A stretch of DNA of 64,000 bases. It comes from a virus. The position numbers and the translations under genes were made by a program. Shown piece after piece: positions 40,276-48,467 of the stretch (position 1 is the stretch's first letter; every line of letters starts with the position of its first letter). The notes beneath the pieces were generated by a model. That model had not been told where the DNA came from. It ran no database searches and was given only the letters and a program-made list of their open reading frames with translations. The stretch spans positions 1-64,000 of the IMG/VR virus record IMGVR_UViG_3300042888_000580. One strand, written 5' to 3'.

Positions 40276-43200
40276 ATGCTTAGAGATGTATTTTATTACG
40301 GTAGTAAACCAAACGTTCACCCAAGAGAAAAGTTTGCAGTTGACTTAGCTGACGCTAGACAACAATGCACCACTGAACATTTTTGGATAATCAACGAATA
40401 TTGTGATTATACAAATTTTGATTGGGATTGGGACTTTGATTTCTTGCCGGATGACGAAGTTTGGACAGGTGAACACAACAATGTATGGCCAAATAAACAA
40501 AATAAAGATAGCGGTACTTGGCTATGCTCACATCAATATAGCGATATAATTATATATCGTGCTGATGTTGAGCCTATACTCAGAAAAAATGTAAAAAATA
40601 CTAATTGGGTAGTACTAGATAAAATTGATGAATTAAAGTTTGATTTTAGTTGGGAACCCAATCCATATGACCCTCCCTACATATATAAATGGGGTTGCAA
40701 ATTCTATCCTACAGAAATAAAACATTATGTAGAATATCACGTTGAGGGTGCAACTAATGTAAAATACATGCCAGAGACAGTAGAGTTATTACCTGAATGG
40801 GCTAACTGGGTAGAAGTACAATCAGTAGATAAATCAAGTTTTGATTTTAGTTGGAGACCCGACCCACGTGAGCCTGCATATATCTATACTTGGGGTAATA
40901 AATATATATCCTCTGAGTTAAAACCCACAGTAGAGTATCATTGTGTAGGAGCTACTGAACGAAAGTATATGGACAACTCAGTTGCTGTATTACCTGAATG
41001 GGATCGGTGGGTAATATGGAACTCTATAGATAAGTTTAATTTTGATTTTAGTTGGAGACCTGACCCACGTGAACCTGCATTTATTTATGTATTTGGTAAT
41101 ACGCAATATCCAGCAGAGATTATGCCAACAGTTGAATATCATGTACCGGGTGGAACAGAATATAAGTTTATTAATGATGAATCAATGAAAGCTAAATTGT
41201 TACCTAACAGTGCTAGATTTGAACATTTAGAAAATAGTGATGGAATAAATTATTCATGGGTTCCTGATCCATGGAGTCCTCCTTATATCTATGTTTGGGG
41301 TAATCAATGGAATAAGCCAGAAGATAAAATATCTATACAATATGTTGTTGAGGGTGCAACAGAATACAAATACATGGAAGAACGTGCCACACGTAAACCA
41401 TATATGGACAATTGGGAAATACCTCCTTATGTCATACAGAATAGTTTTGATTTCAGTTGGGAACCAAACCCGCAGGATCCAGCCTACATATATCAATTTG
41501 GCACTATACATCAAAAGACAGGTGGTCCTCGCTATACAGTACCAGGTGCAACAGAATTAAAATACATTGATGCTGTTAAAGCACAAGTAGTAGCATGGAG
41601 ATTTACAAATTGGTTGATTCCAAAAAATGTAGATCAGGCAACATTTGATTGGAGTTGGCACCCGGATGATACAGAACCAGCATACATCTATCAATTCCCT
41701 AGTACATGGAGTAAAACAGGTGGACCAAAGTTTACAGTTGAAGGTGCGTTTGAAACAAAATACTTAGATTACCCTATAGCAAAAGTAAAACAAGATATGA
41801 CACATTGGTCTATACCTGCAGGATTAGATACTAGTGAGTTTGATTTTAGCTGGCATCCAAATATAGATGATGAGCCTTTGTTTTATCAATTTGGAACACA
41901 ATGGCAAAAAACAAATGGCCCGATGTTTACTGCACCCGGCTGTGACGAAACTACTCCAATCAAATACATGGATATACTTAAAGCAAAACGTATACCTGAT
42001 AAAACAAATTGGATTATACCTGCAGGATTTGATGAAACTAAATTTGACTTTAGTTGGCATCCTGACGCTACAAGCCCTCCCTATATCTATCAGTTTGGTA
42101 CACTATTAGATGATGTTCATTTAGAAGACGGACCCAAATATGTAACCCCAAACAATGATGGAACCGTTGTATTAATGGAAAACACATTATTATCAGATGA
42201 GGTAGTACAATACCCGCAATATTATATTGACACTACATTAGAAATATTGATAGAACAACATAAGGATGAAATCTTTTGGGCATTACGTAAAAATATTAAC
42301 TATACTAAATTTGATTTCATTTGGCAACCAACTAAAGAGCAAGCATTCAACATCAATACGTTTGGATCACCTGACAGTGAATTGACACAAACATACTTAG
42401 TTAACGGTAAGATGTGGCAAAAAGGTTATAGAGATATTAGTTTTATTGAAAATACAAAACTAGATGAAGAATATCTATCTAAATTATTTAAACAAGTAGA
42501 TGCTTTCTTTGTAGATAAAGGAAATAAAGAATCAGCTACAAGATTTGAACAATTAAAAATACAATTTCCCACACTACAAAAGACACGTTACCTAAACAGC
42601 TGGGTAGATACAATCAATCGCTGTATCAACAAATCTACTACAGAACTATGCTGGATACTTAATAGTGAATTAGATTATACCAACTTTGATTTCAACTATT
42701 ATCCTAATCCATGGCAAATGACAATGGTACATGTGTTTGGAACTCAATGGAGTCATTGGGGCAGTACGTTTATGGTTAATAAAGAAACATTTGCAGAAGA
42801 TACAAAATATGTAAAAATTATAGAACACTTGAGTAATCTAAACTTTGTCAAAACAAAACGTGCTATCGCTAGCAATTGTTTATATGATGTTTACTTAATT
42901 GACTACAGTAATGACGGAGTTACTGATATAGTGTCATTGATTGAAAGTAAGACTAAACGTGAAAATGTTTACACAATCAAATATGAAACAGATTACTTAA
43001 CCACATTGAAGAACATGTTGTATGAGTTAGGTATTAAAAAGGACCATTACATCTGGGTATGTAGTTCAATTTGTGATTACACTAACTTTGACTTTACTTA
43101 TATATGTGATCCATTCTCTTTAGAGCAATTGCATGTATTTCCTAGTGACAAACAAAAGTTTGGTGACACATTCTTCATCAATGTAAACAAGTTACGTATT

Positions 43201-44229
43201 CTTGTAGAAGATTTGGATAAGTTAGAAAGTATAGAGAAGATTAATTTTAATCAGCATCAAAAAGTAAAACGTTTGCCTGCCCCTAGTTTTGTTACTGATG
43301 CTGATACACATTTGAATTTCAAAAAACATAGTTATAACTTCCCTTATGCTGTGTTTACTACAAGTGATAATTTAATCGCACCAGACATTAATGATGAACC
43401 AATCAGTATGTGGTCTAGTGAATCAAAGAACATATTGATTACAAATATGGGAGGCACACGTATTGTTGTACCCAAAGAAGCTAACGAATATGTTGAGAAA
43501 GAATTGTATGATTATCCATACATTGCTAAATCAACTAAGATAGGACAGTCAAAACCACTGGATATAGTCTTCCTAAGCAACGGTGAATCTGTAGCTGACG
43601 AGAACTACGAACATTTACTGAACGTGACTAAAGGACTGAAGAATCGTGTTGTTAGAGTTGATGGTGTCAATGGTCGTGTTGCTGCCTATCATGCAGCCGC
43701 ACTAGCAAGTCAAACATCTTGGATGTTTACTGTGTTTGCTAAGTTAAAAGTCAATAGTAAGTTTGACTGGACATGGCAACCTGATAGATTACAGATACCT
43801 AAACACTATATCTTCTATGCTAGTAATCCTGTTAATGGATTAGTATATGGTCACCAAGCTATGATTGCGTACAACAAACAGATTACATTGGGCAATATGG
43901 GTAAAGGTCTTGACTTTACATTGGATAGTGAGCATGAAGTTGTTGAAATTAATTCGGGTGTAGCAAGATATAATACAGATGAGTTTAGCACATGGCGTAC
44001 AAGTTTCCGTGAAGCTATTAAGTTACGATTAGATGATAGTACAATAAGCAGACATAGATTGAAAGTATGGTCAACTGTAGGTGAGGGAGACTACGCCCAA
44101 TATAGTATCAATGGTGCGTTAGATGCTGTAGAATACTATGAATCAGTCAATGGTGAACTAGACAAATTACGACTAAGTTATGATTGGCCTTGGTTGCAAG
44201 AGTATTTTAATACTAAATACAAGTTATGA
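40276..44229 (+). CDS. 1317-aa repeat protein with degenerate glycosyltransferase-like domains
   Basis: Eight ~67-aa FDFSWxP..P.YIY.(F/W)G repeats. The C-terminal domain is homologous to 31916..32869 (LDIVFLSNGE, RVDGVNG..AAYHAAA, NGLVYG, WRTSFRE). Confidence 0.8.
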   Translation: MLRDVFYYGSKPNVHPREKFAVDLADARQQCTTEHFWIINEYCDYTNFDWDWDFDFLPDDEVWTGEHNNVWPNKQNKDSGTWLCSHQYSDIIIYRADVEPILRKNVKNTNWVVLDKIDELKFDFSWEPNPYDPPYIYKWGCKFYPTEIKHYVEYHVEGATNVKYMPETVELLPEWANWVEVQSVDKSSFDFSWRPDPREPAYIYTWGNKYISSELKPTVEYHCVGATERKYMDNSVAVLPEWDRWVIWNSIDKFNFDFSWRPDPREPAFIYVFGNTQYPAEIMPTVEYHVPGGTEYKFINDESMKAKLLPNSARFEHLENSDGINYSWVPDPWSPPYIYVWGNQWNKPEDKISIQYVVEGATEYKYMEERATRKPYMDNWEIPPYVIQNSFDFSWEPNPQDPAYIYQFGTIHQKTGGPRYTVPGATELKYIDAVKAQVVAWRFTNWLIPKNVDQATFDWSWHPDDTEPAYIYQFPSTWSKTGGPKFTVEGAFETKYLDYPIAKVKQDMTHWSIPAGLDTSEFDFSWHPNIDDEPLFYQFGTQWQKTNGPMFTAPGCDETTPIKYMDILKAKRIPDKTNWIIPAGFDETKFDFSWHPDATSPPYIYQFGTLLDDVHLEDGPKYVTPNNDGTVVLMENTLLSDEVVQYPQYYIDTTLEILIEQHKDEIFWALRKNINYTKFDFIWQPTKEQAFNINTFGSPDSELTQTYLVNGKMWQKGYRDISFIENTKLDEEYLSKLFKQVDAFFVDKGNKESATRFEQLKIQFPTLQKTRYLNSWVDTINRCINKSTTELCWILNSELDYTNFDFNYYPNPWQMTMVHVFGTQWSHWGSTFMVNKETFAEDTKYVKIIEHLSNLNFVKTKRAIASNCLYDVYLIDYSNDGVTDIVSLIESKTKRENVYTIKYETDYLTTLKNMLYELGIKKDHYIWVCSSICDYTNFDFTYICDPFSLEQLHVFPSDKQKFGDTFFINVNKLRILVEDLDKLESIEKINFNQHQKVKRLPAPSFVTDADTHLNFKKHSYNFPYAVFTTSDNLIAPDINDEPISMWSSESKNILITNMGGTRIVVPKEANEYVEKELYDYPYIAKSTKIGQSKPLDIVFLSNGESVADENYEHLLNVTKGLKNRVVRVDGVNGRVAAYHAAALASQTSWMFTVFAKLKVNSKFDWTWQPDRLQIPKHYIFYASNPVNGLVYGHQAMIAYNKQITLGNMGKGLDFTLDSEHEVVEINSGVARYNTDEFSTWRTSFREAIKLRLDDSTISRHRLKVWSTVGEGDYAQYSINGALDAVEYYESVNGELDKLRLSYDWPWLQEYFNTKYKL
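40600..42150 (+). repeat. Eight tandem ~200-bp (66-67 aa) coding repeats
   Basis: FDFSW motif codons start at 40639, 40840, 41041 (201-bp spacing) and continue to about 42043; 'tttgattttagttggagacc.gacccacgtga.cctgcat' is nearly identical in two copies. Confidence 0.85.
44212..44219 (+). promoter_or_regulatory. Putative late promoter (ACTAAATA) for the tmRNA precursor
   Basis: Lies in the last codons of the upstream CDS, about 30 nt before helix 2 of the acceptor piece. Confidence 0.45.
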
Positions 44230-44513
44230 TTGTATGAAGTTAAGTGAAACGGATTCAAGACGGGAGTTCGATTCTCCCCTCCTCCACCTAAGTGTATGAT
44301 GTATATTTAGGTGGGGGAGAACTGGTAATCGATTGGGTCAAGAGTAATGAAATGGACAGTTCGGCAATGCCGAAGCCGTTAGGATTGGGGTATCCCGATT
44401 GTAGAAGCAAAAAAAGTAACCGCAAACGACTCACAGTTCGCATTGGCCGCGTGAGCAGCCTAGGGTAAGACATACCTCGTAACAGAAACTCAGATAGGGA
44501 CTTTGGTCCCTAT
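44230..44513 (+). ncRNA. ssrA: Circularly permuted (two-piece) tmRNA, tag ANDSQFALAA; outer ends approximate
   Basis: T arm GGGAG-TTCGATT-CTCCC (44262-44278) and acceptor 3' strand CTCCTCC-A-CC (44279-44288) precede the 5' strand GGGGGAG (44313-44319), giving G3:U70 and A73. GATTCAA (44252-58) pairs with TTGGGTC (44333-39). The tag frame runs GCA AAC GAC TCA CAG TTC GCA TTG GCC GCG TGA (44422-44454) after AAAGTAACC. Confidence 0.93.
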
Positions 44514-44519
44514 TTTTTT
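44494..44519 (+). terminator. Rho-independent terminator of the tmRNA
   Basis: ATAGGGAC-TTTG-GTCCCTAT followed by TTTTTT. Confidence 0.88.
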
Positions 44520-44527
44520 AATAAATA
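44520..44527 (+). promoter_or_regulatory. Putative late promoter (AATAAATA), 4 nt before the ATG
   Basis: ATAAATA-CTAG-ATG; no SD present. Confidence 0.6.
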
Positions 44528-44531
44528 CTAG

Positions 44532-45098
44532 ATGAACATTAAAGAAATCATCACTGAAGAAATAGTAGACGAGTATCGTATTAGCGGCCCCGTTGACATC
44601 AAAAATTATATTAGACATGGTAATGCTTTTAAAGATTCTATGTTGTTTGTTAAAACTCCAATGGATCAATACAATGTCAGATATATGGAAAACTCAATTA
44701 GAGGTGGTAATAAAATACATGATTATTTTCTATATGATAAAAAAACCGATAGATGTATAGGGTTGTTTACTTTAGAAATGGTACCACTAAAACTTAATAA
44801 AATCTTACAACCGGGAATTAAAACTGTAACTCCACACATGGCATTGGCACCCGAAGCACAACGTCAGGGAATAAGCACACAAGCCTACAGTACCTTTTTA
44901 CAAGGCGGTCCGTGGGTATTTGTCACGGATCACCATACTAAAGGTGCATCTAAATTGTGGGATTCTTTAGCAACAGGTAATAATATTAGTCTATATGTGA
45001 GTGCTAAAACAGGTGAACTTTTAGACCCTGCGAAGCATCATGAATGGACAGACTTACGTTTATTGGGTCCTAGGGATAGATTTAAGTTAGATAATTAG
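44532..45098 (+). CDS. GNAT-like acetyltransferase-fold protein with an 'MNIKEII' N-terminal leader
   Basis: 'MALAPEAQRQGISTQAY' resembles GNAT motif A (Q/RxxGxG/A); 'TKGASKLWDSL' resembles motif B. Confidence 0.55.
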   Translation: MNIKEIITEEIVDEYRISGPVDIKNYIRHGNAFKDSMLFVKTPMDQYNVRYMENSIRGGNKIHDYFLYDKKTDRCIGLFTLEMVPLKLNKILQPGIKTVTPHMALAPEAQRQGISTQAYSTFLQGGPWVFVTDHHTKGASKLWDSLATGNNISLYVSAKTGELLDPAKHHEWTDLRLLGPRDRFKLDN

Positions 45099-45140
45099 AT
45101 TCCTACCTAATAAAGTGTGATATTTATTAACTAAAAAACA

Positions 45141-45148
45141 AATAAATA
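45141..45148 (+). promoter_or_regulatory. Putative late promoter (AATAAATA)
   Basis: Intergenic, upstream of the signal-peptide operon. Confidence 0.55.
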
Positions 45149-45173
45149 CTATCTCTAGAGGATGATAATAAAA

Positions 45174-46298
45174 ATGAAAAGAATTCTCGCTATAGTTGCC
45201 ATGCTGGGTATGGCATTCACGACGCAAGCACAAACTACCACTACATCAGGTACAACCGGTGGTACGACCACGGGTACAAGTACATTAATTAACCAAGGAA
45301 CATATGATTCCAAAAGCTTAGTAGATACTAATAGTACCTCAAACAGCACCAGCACAGTTACTTCAAATAGCAATACCAATAGTAATAGCACCAGTACTAG
45401 CACAGCCGTTGTTAATAGCACTAGTGCAAATACCAATACTAACAATAGCACTAGCGTAAACACGAATAACAATATTAATAGTGGCACAAGCACTGTTAAT
45501 AATAACAATGTCAACTCAGGGTCAATGACTTATACCAATAATAACATTAACTCTGGAACAATGACCTATAACAACAACAATGTAAGTACAAGCACAAGCA
45601 ATAATACCAATATCAACAAAAACGAAAATACTGGTACAATGACATACAATAACAACAATGTCAGTACAAGTACTGCCGTCAACACCAATAATAACGTTAG
45701 TACAAGTACTAGTACTAACAATAATGTTAATACCGGGGATATGACTAACCGCAATATTAACACATCAACCAGTGCTAGTACTTCTACGAACAACAATGTT
45801 AATCAAAATAATTCAGTTAATACAAATATTCAACAAGGTGAGTTAACTAACAAGAATATTAATCAAACTGAGATTACTCAACGAGTTATTCAGCCTCCTC
45901 CGACTGCTGTAGCACCCGCTATGCTGTCAGGTGGTAACGCTGACCTTTGTTCTACGGGTAGTTCAGGTTCAGTTCAGACACAAGTATTTGGTGTAAGTTC
46001 AGGTGGTACAGTACGTGACATGAATTGTGAACGATTAAAGTTATCTAAAACACTATATGACATGGGTATGAAGGTTGCGGCAGTTGCTACTATGTGTCAA
46101 GACCGTCGTGTGTTTGACGCTATGTTAGCCGCAGGTACACCTTGCCCATACGAAGGTAAGATTGGTGAACAAGCTAAAGCATCTTGGGAAGCTAATCCAG
46201 ACAAGATTCCAAAGTTAGACGAGGTAAAAATAGATGACACTTATAAGAAAGTTGGCATTGGCGCTTTGCTTGGCGTTCTTGTCCACAACTTACGCTAA
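45174..46298 (+). CDS. Secreted Asn/Thr/Ser-repeat protein with a C-terminal Cys-containing domain
   Basis: Sec-type signal MKRILAIVAMLGMAFTTQA; about 190 aa of N/T/S repeats; C-terminal 'DLCSTG...DMNCERLKL...MCQDRRV...GTPCP'. Start at 45174 (alternative 45162). Confidence 0.8.
   Translation: MKRILAIVAMLGMAFTTQAQTTTTSGTTGGTTTGTSTLINQGTYDSKSLVDTNSTSNSTSTVTSNSNTNSNSTSTSTAVVNSTSANTNTNNSTSVNTNNNINSGTSTVNNNNVNSGSMTYTNNNINSGTMTYNNNNVSTSTSNNTNINKNENTGTMTYNNNNVSTSTAVNTNNNVSTSTSTNNNVNTGDMTNRNINTSTSASTSTNNNVNQNNSVNTNIQQGELTNKNINQTEITQRVIQPPPTAVAPAMLSGGNADLCSTGSSGSVQTQVFGVSSGGTVRDMNCERLKLSKTLYDMGMKVAAVATMCQDRRVFDAMLAAGTPCPYEGKIGEQAKASWEANPDKIPKLDEVKIDDTYKKVGIGALLGVLVHNLR
45310..45880 (+). repeat. Low-complexity Asn/Thr/Ser coding repeats
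   Basis: Recurring (N/S)GTMTYNNNNVSTSTS-type units, e.g. 'gg.acaatgac.ta.aa.aacaacaatgt.agtacaag.ac' near 45555 and 45633. Confidence 0.8.
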
Positions 46299-48456
46299 TA
46301 GTCAAGACATATCTACTACTGGTAATTTAATAAATTACGGTACCGCACCTACGGGTACAACCAGTATATGGAACAACGGTGTCTATGTTAATCAATTATG
46401 CTTTTATGCTGGAGAACCTGGTAACTGTGGACCTAATCCTAGTATTATCACCGGAGGTCGCATCCACTTCAGTTACGGCACCGCGGATCTTAATCAAATT
46501 GTCAATATAAACAACGCACTGTCTGCGGGCGGCACCGGTGTGCAACTTGCTGGATTTAACTACAGCCTTTGGGCCAAGAACGGCAATGGATGGGACGACG
46601 CCAGACAAGATTATCTAGCTGCCTATGTAAAACTATACGGTGCCGGCGGCAATCTAATAGCAGACTATGATTACTCTCAGGCAACCAATAACAAATACAA
46701 CTGGACTAAATTTACATTTTCTGAAACATTTGCTAGTCCATATGTTGCGTCAACACTAAGCACAGCGCAAGTAGGAATGATAGGTAGAGATAATAATTTT
46801 TGGGCAGGAAACTACGGACCTGAAGTTTTTGATGTTGATTTTAGATTAAAATATAAAATTGATCCTTGTGCTACTAACCCTGCTTATAGTTCAACTTGTG
46901 CCGGTTTTGGTAACATACTTAATACTAATAATTTATTAGATTCAACTAAAGGCGGGTTGAGTCTAAATCAAGCGTTTGCAATTAATACCGCATTGCAAAG
47001 TGCAGGTGTTGGAGCAACAGTACATGGATTTAACTACGGATTTAACTGGAGAGTTGGTCAAGGTTTCTCTGGATGTACTGCTTGGAACCAAGACGGATCG
47101 TGTTCGTGGACCATGAACATACCTGCGTATGCTAATGCCACAGTGTCACTTACAAACAGTAGCAACCAGTCTATACATTCAAAGAGTTATAGTTTTACAG
47201 GTGACGGTACTAGTGGTTCAGTGAGTGACAAGTTTTTGTTACCATCTAGTATGAATCAATCATTACTGGGTACGGGTAGAATTGTAGGGTCAGCATCAGG
47301 CACCGGTTCTTCTGTAGAAGGTGCATGGGCAACAATGATTTATACTGCTGACCCTTGTATAGCTAATCCTTTATACAGTTCAAATTGCAAAGGCTATGCA
47401 TTTGCTATGTCCAAGCAATTATCTGCATCAAACAACACATCACCTGTTGCATCAGATGGTACACAGATACAAGATCCAGTGCAAGATCCTACTCGACCTC
47501 CGCCGGGCAGTCAACCACCCCCTGGATCAGAACCGCCACCAGGTAGTCCACCTCCTCGAGAAGGTGCACAACAATCAACTTCTAATAATCCAGCAGGTCC
47601 TCCTCCTGCAAATCAACCTCCTCCACAAGGTGGCGGTAGTAGTCAGCCCAAAGCAGGCGAAGTTAAAACAGCTGGTGATAGTAACAGCAAAGCAGGACCT
47701 AGTCTTGGTAGTGTTATGAGTATGATTAGTAGTAACCAAGCTAGAATAGGTAACGAGGCAAAAACTGTTGTGCAAGCCGCAGAGTCAGCCGCTGCCAAAG
47801 ATGCACAACAAGCACAACAACAAGCAGAAAATGTCGCAGGGTCATTAACTACGCAAAGTATTACTAGCAGTATGACACAATCTGGTACAGGTACAAGTGT
47901 AGTGTCAGTAGCTAATAGTCAATCACAAACTTCTGTAGTAAATGTAGCAAGTGTATCGCAAACTAGCGTGGTCAACGTTGGTGGATTACGCCCAGCAACA
48001 CAAAGTATATTTGCTGATCCTAGCACATCTTTACCTTCAAGTATGATGCAAAGTCAGTTTGATATGTATAGTTTACAAGCTCCAACAAATAACAATAGCA
48101 AACAACTAGACGTAGAAGTACCGCAGAACGAGGGTATTAAGATTGGTGGACGTTCAGCATTAAATGATGCAATGGAACAACGCCCAATGTTACAAAGTAA
48201 TAACGTACAAGAACAAAAGACTGAATCAGTAAACAGAAATGTTCAACCAAATGAATTAGCCGGTGCTGTTGATATTACTAGAATGGCAACACAACCTCCA
48301 GGATATCAAGCATACTCAATGATGATGCCTGATGTAGCATTCTACGCACCAAAAGAAATTTACAGAAATCAAGTAAATGTAGACAACGTAAGAGTCTTGC
48401 GTCAATTGTCTAGTGATAGATTACACCAAGACTTGGTGAACCTACAATACAAATAA
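46234..48456 (+). CDS. Secreted protein with two tandem disulfide-capped beta domains, a Pro-rich linker and a Ser/Gln-rich C-terminal region
   Basis: Signal MTLIRKLALALCLAFLSTTYA; duplicated 'LNQ...IN.AL...G.G....GFNY...DPC..NP.YSS.C.G(F/Y)'; PPPGS repeats; GAGGT SD. Confidence 0.8.
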   Translation: MTLIRKLALALCLAFLSTTYANSQDISTTGNLINYGTAPTGTTSIWNNGVYVNQLCFYAGEPGNCGPNPSIITGGRIHFSYGTADLNQIVNINNALSAGGTGVQLAGFNYSLWAKNGNGWDDARQDYLAAYVKLYGAGGNLIADYDYSQATNNKYNWTKFTFSETFASPYVASTLSTAQVGMIGRDNNFWAGNYGPEVFDVDFRLKYKIDPCATNPAYSSTCAGFGNILNTNNLLDSTKGGLSLNQAFAINTALQSAGVGATVHGFNYGFNWRVGQGFSGCTAWNQDGSCSWTMNIPAYANATVSLTNSSNQSIHSKSYSFTGDGTSGSVSDKFLLPSSMNQSLLGTGRIVGSASGTGSSVEGAWATMIYTADPCIANPLYSSNCKGYAFAMSKQLSASNNTSPVASDGTQIQDPVQDPTRPPPGSQPPPGSEPPPGSPPPREGAQQSTSNNPAGPPPANQPPPQGGGSSQPKAGEVKTAGDSNSKAGPSLGSVMSMISSNQARIGNEAKTVVQAAESAAAKDAQQAQQQAENVAGSLTTQSITSSMTQSGTGTSVVSVANSQSQTSVVNVASVSQTSVVNVGGLRPATQSIFADPSTSLPSSMMQSQFDMYSLQAPTNNNSKQLDVEVPQNEGIKIGGRSALNDAMEQRPMLQSNNVQEQKTESVNRNVQPNELAGAVDITRMATQPPGYQAYSMMMPDVAFYAPKEIYRNQVNVDNVRVLRQLSSDRLHQDLVNLQYK

Positions 48457-48467
48457 AGGAAAATAAA

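Noticed and set aside
44259-44288. Stand-alone tRNA gene or integration (att) site fragment
   Set aside because: There is no D arm or anticodon arm upstream. The matching acceptor 5' strand lies downstream and is followed by a tag frame, so this is the acceptor piece of a permuted tmRNA. No integrase is in the window.
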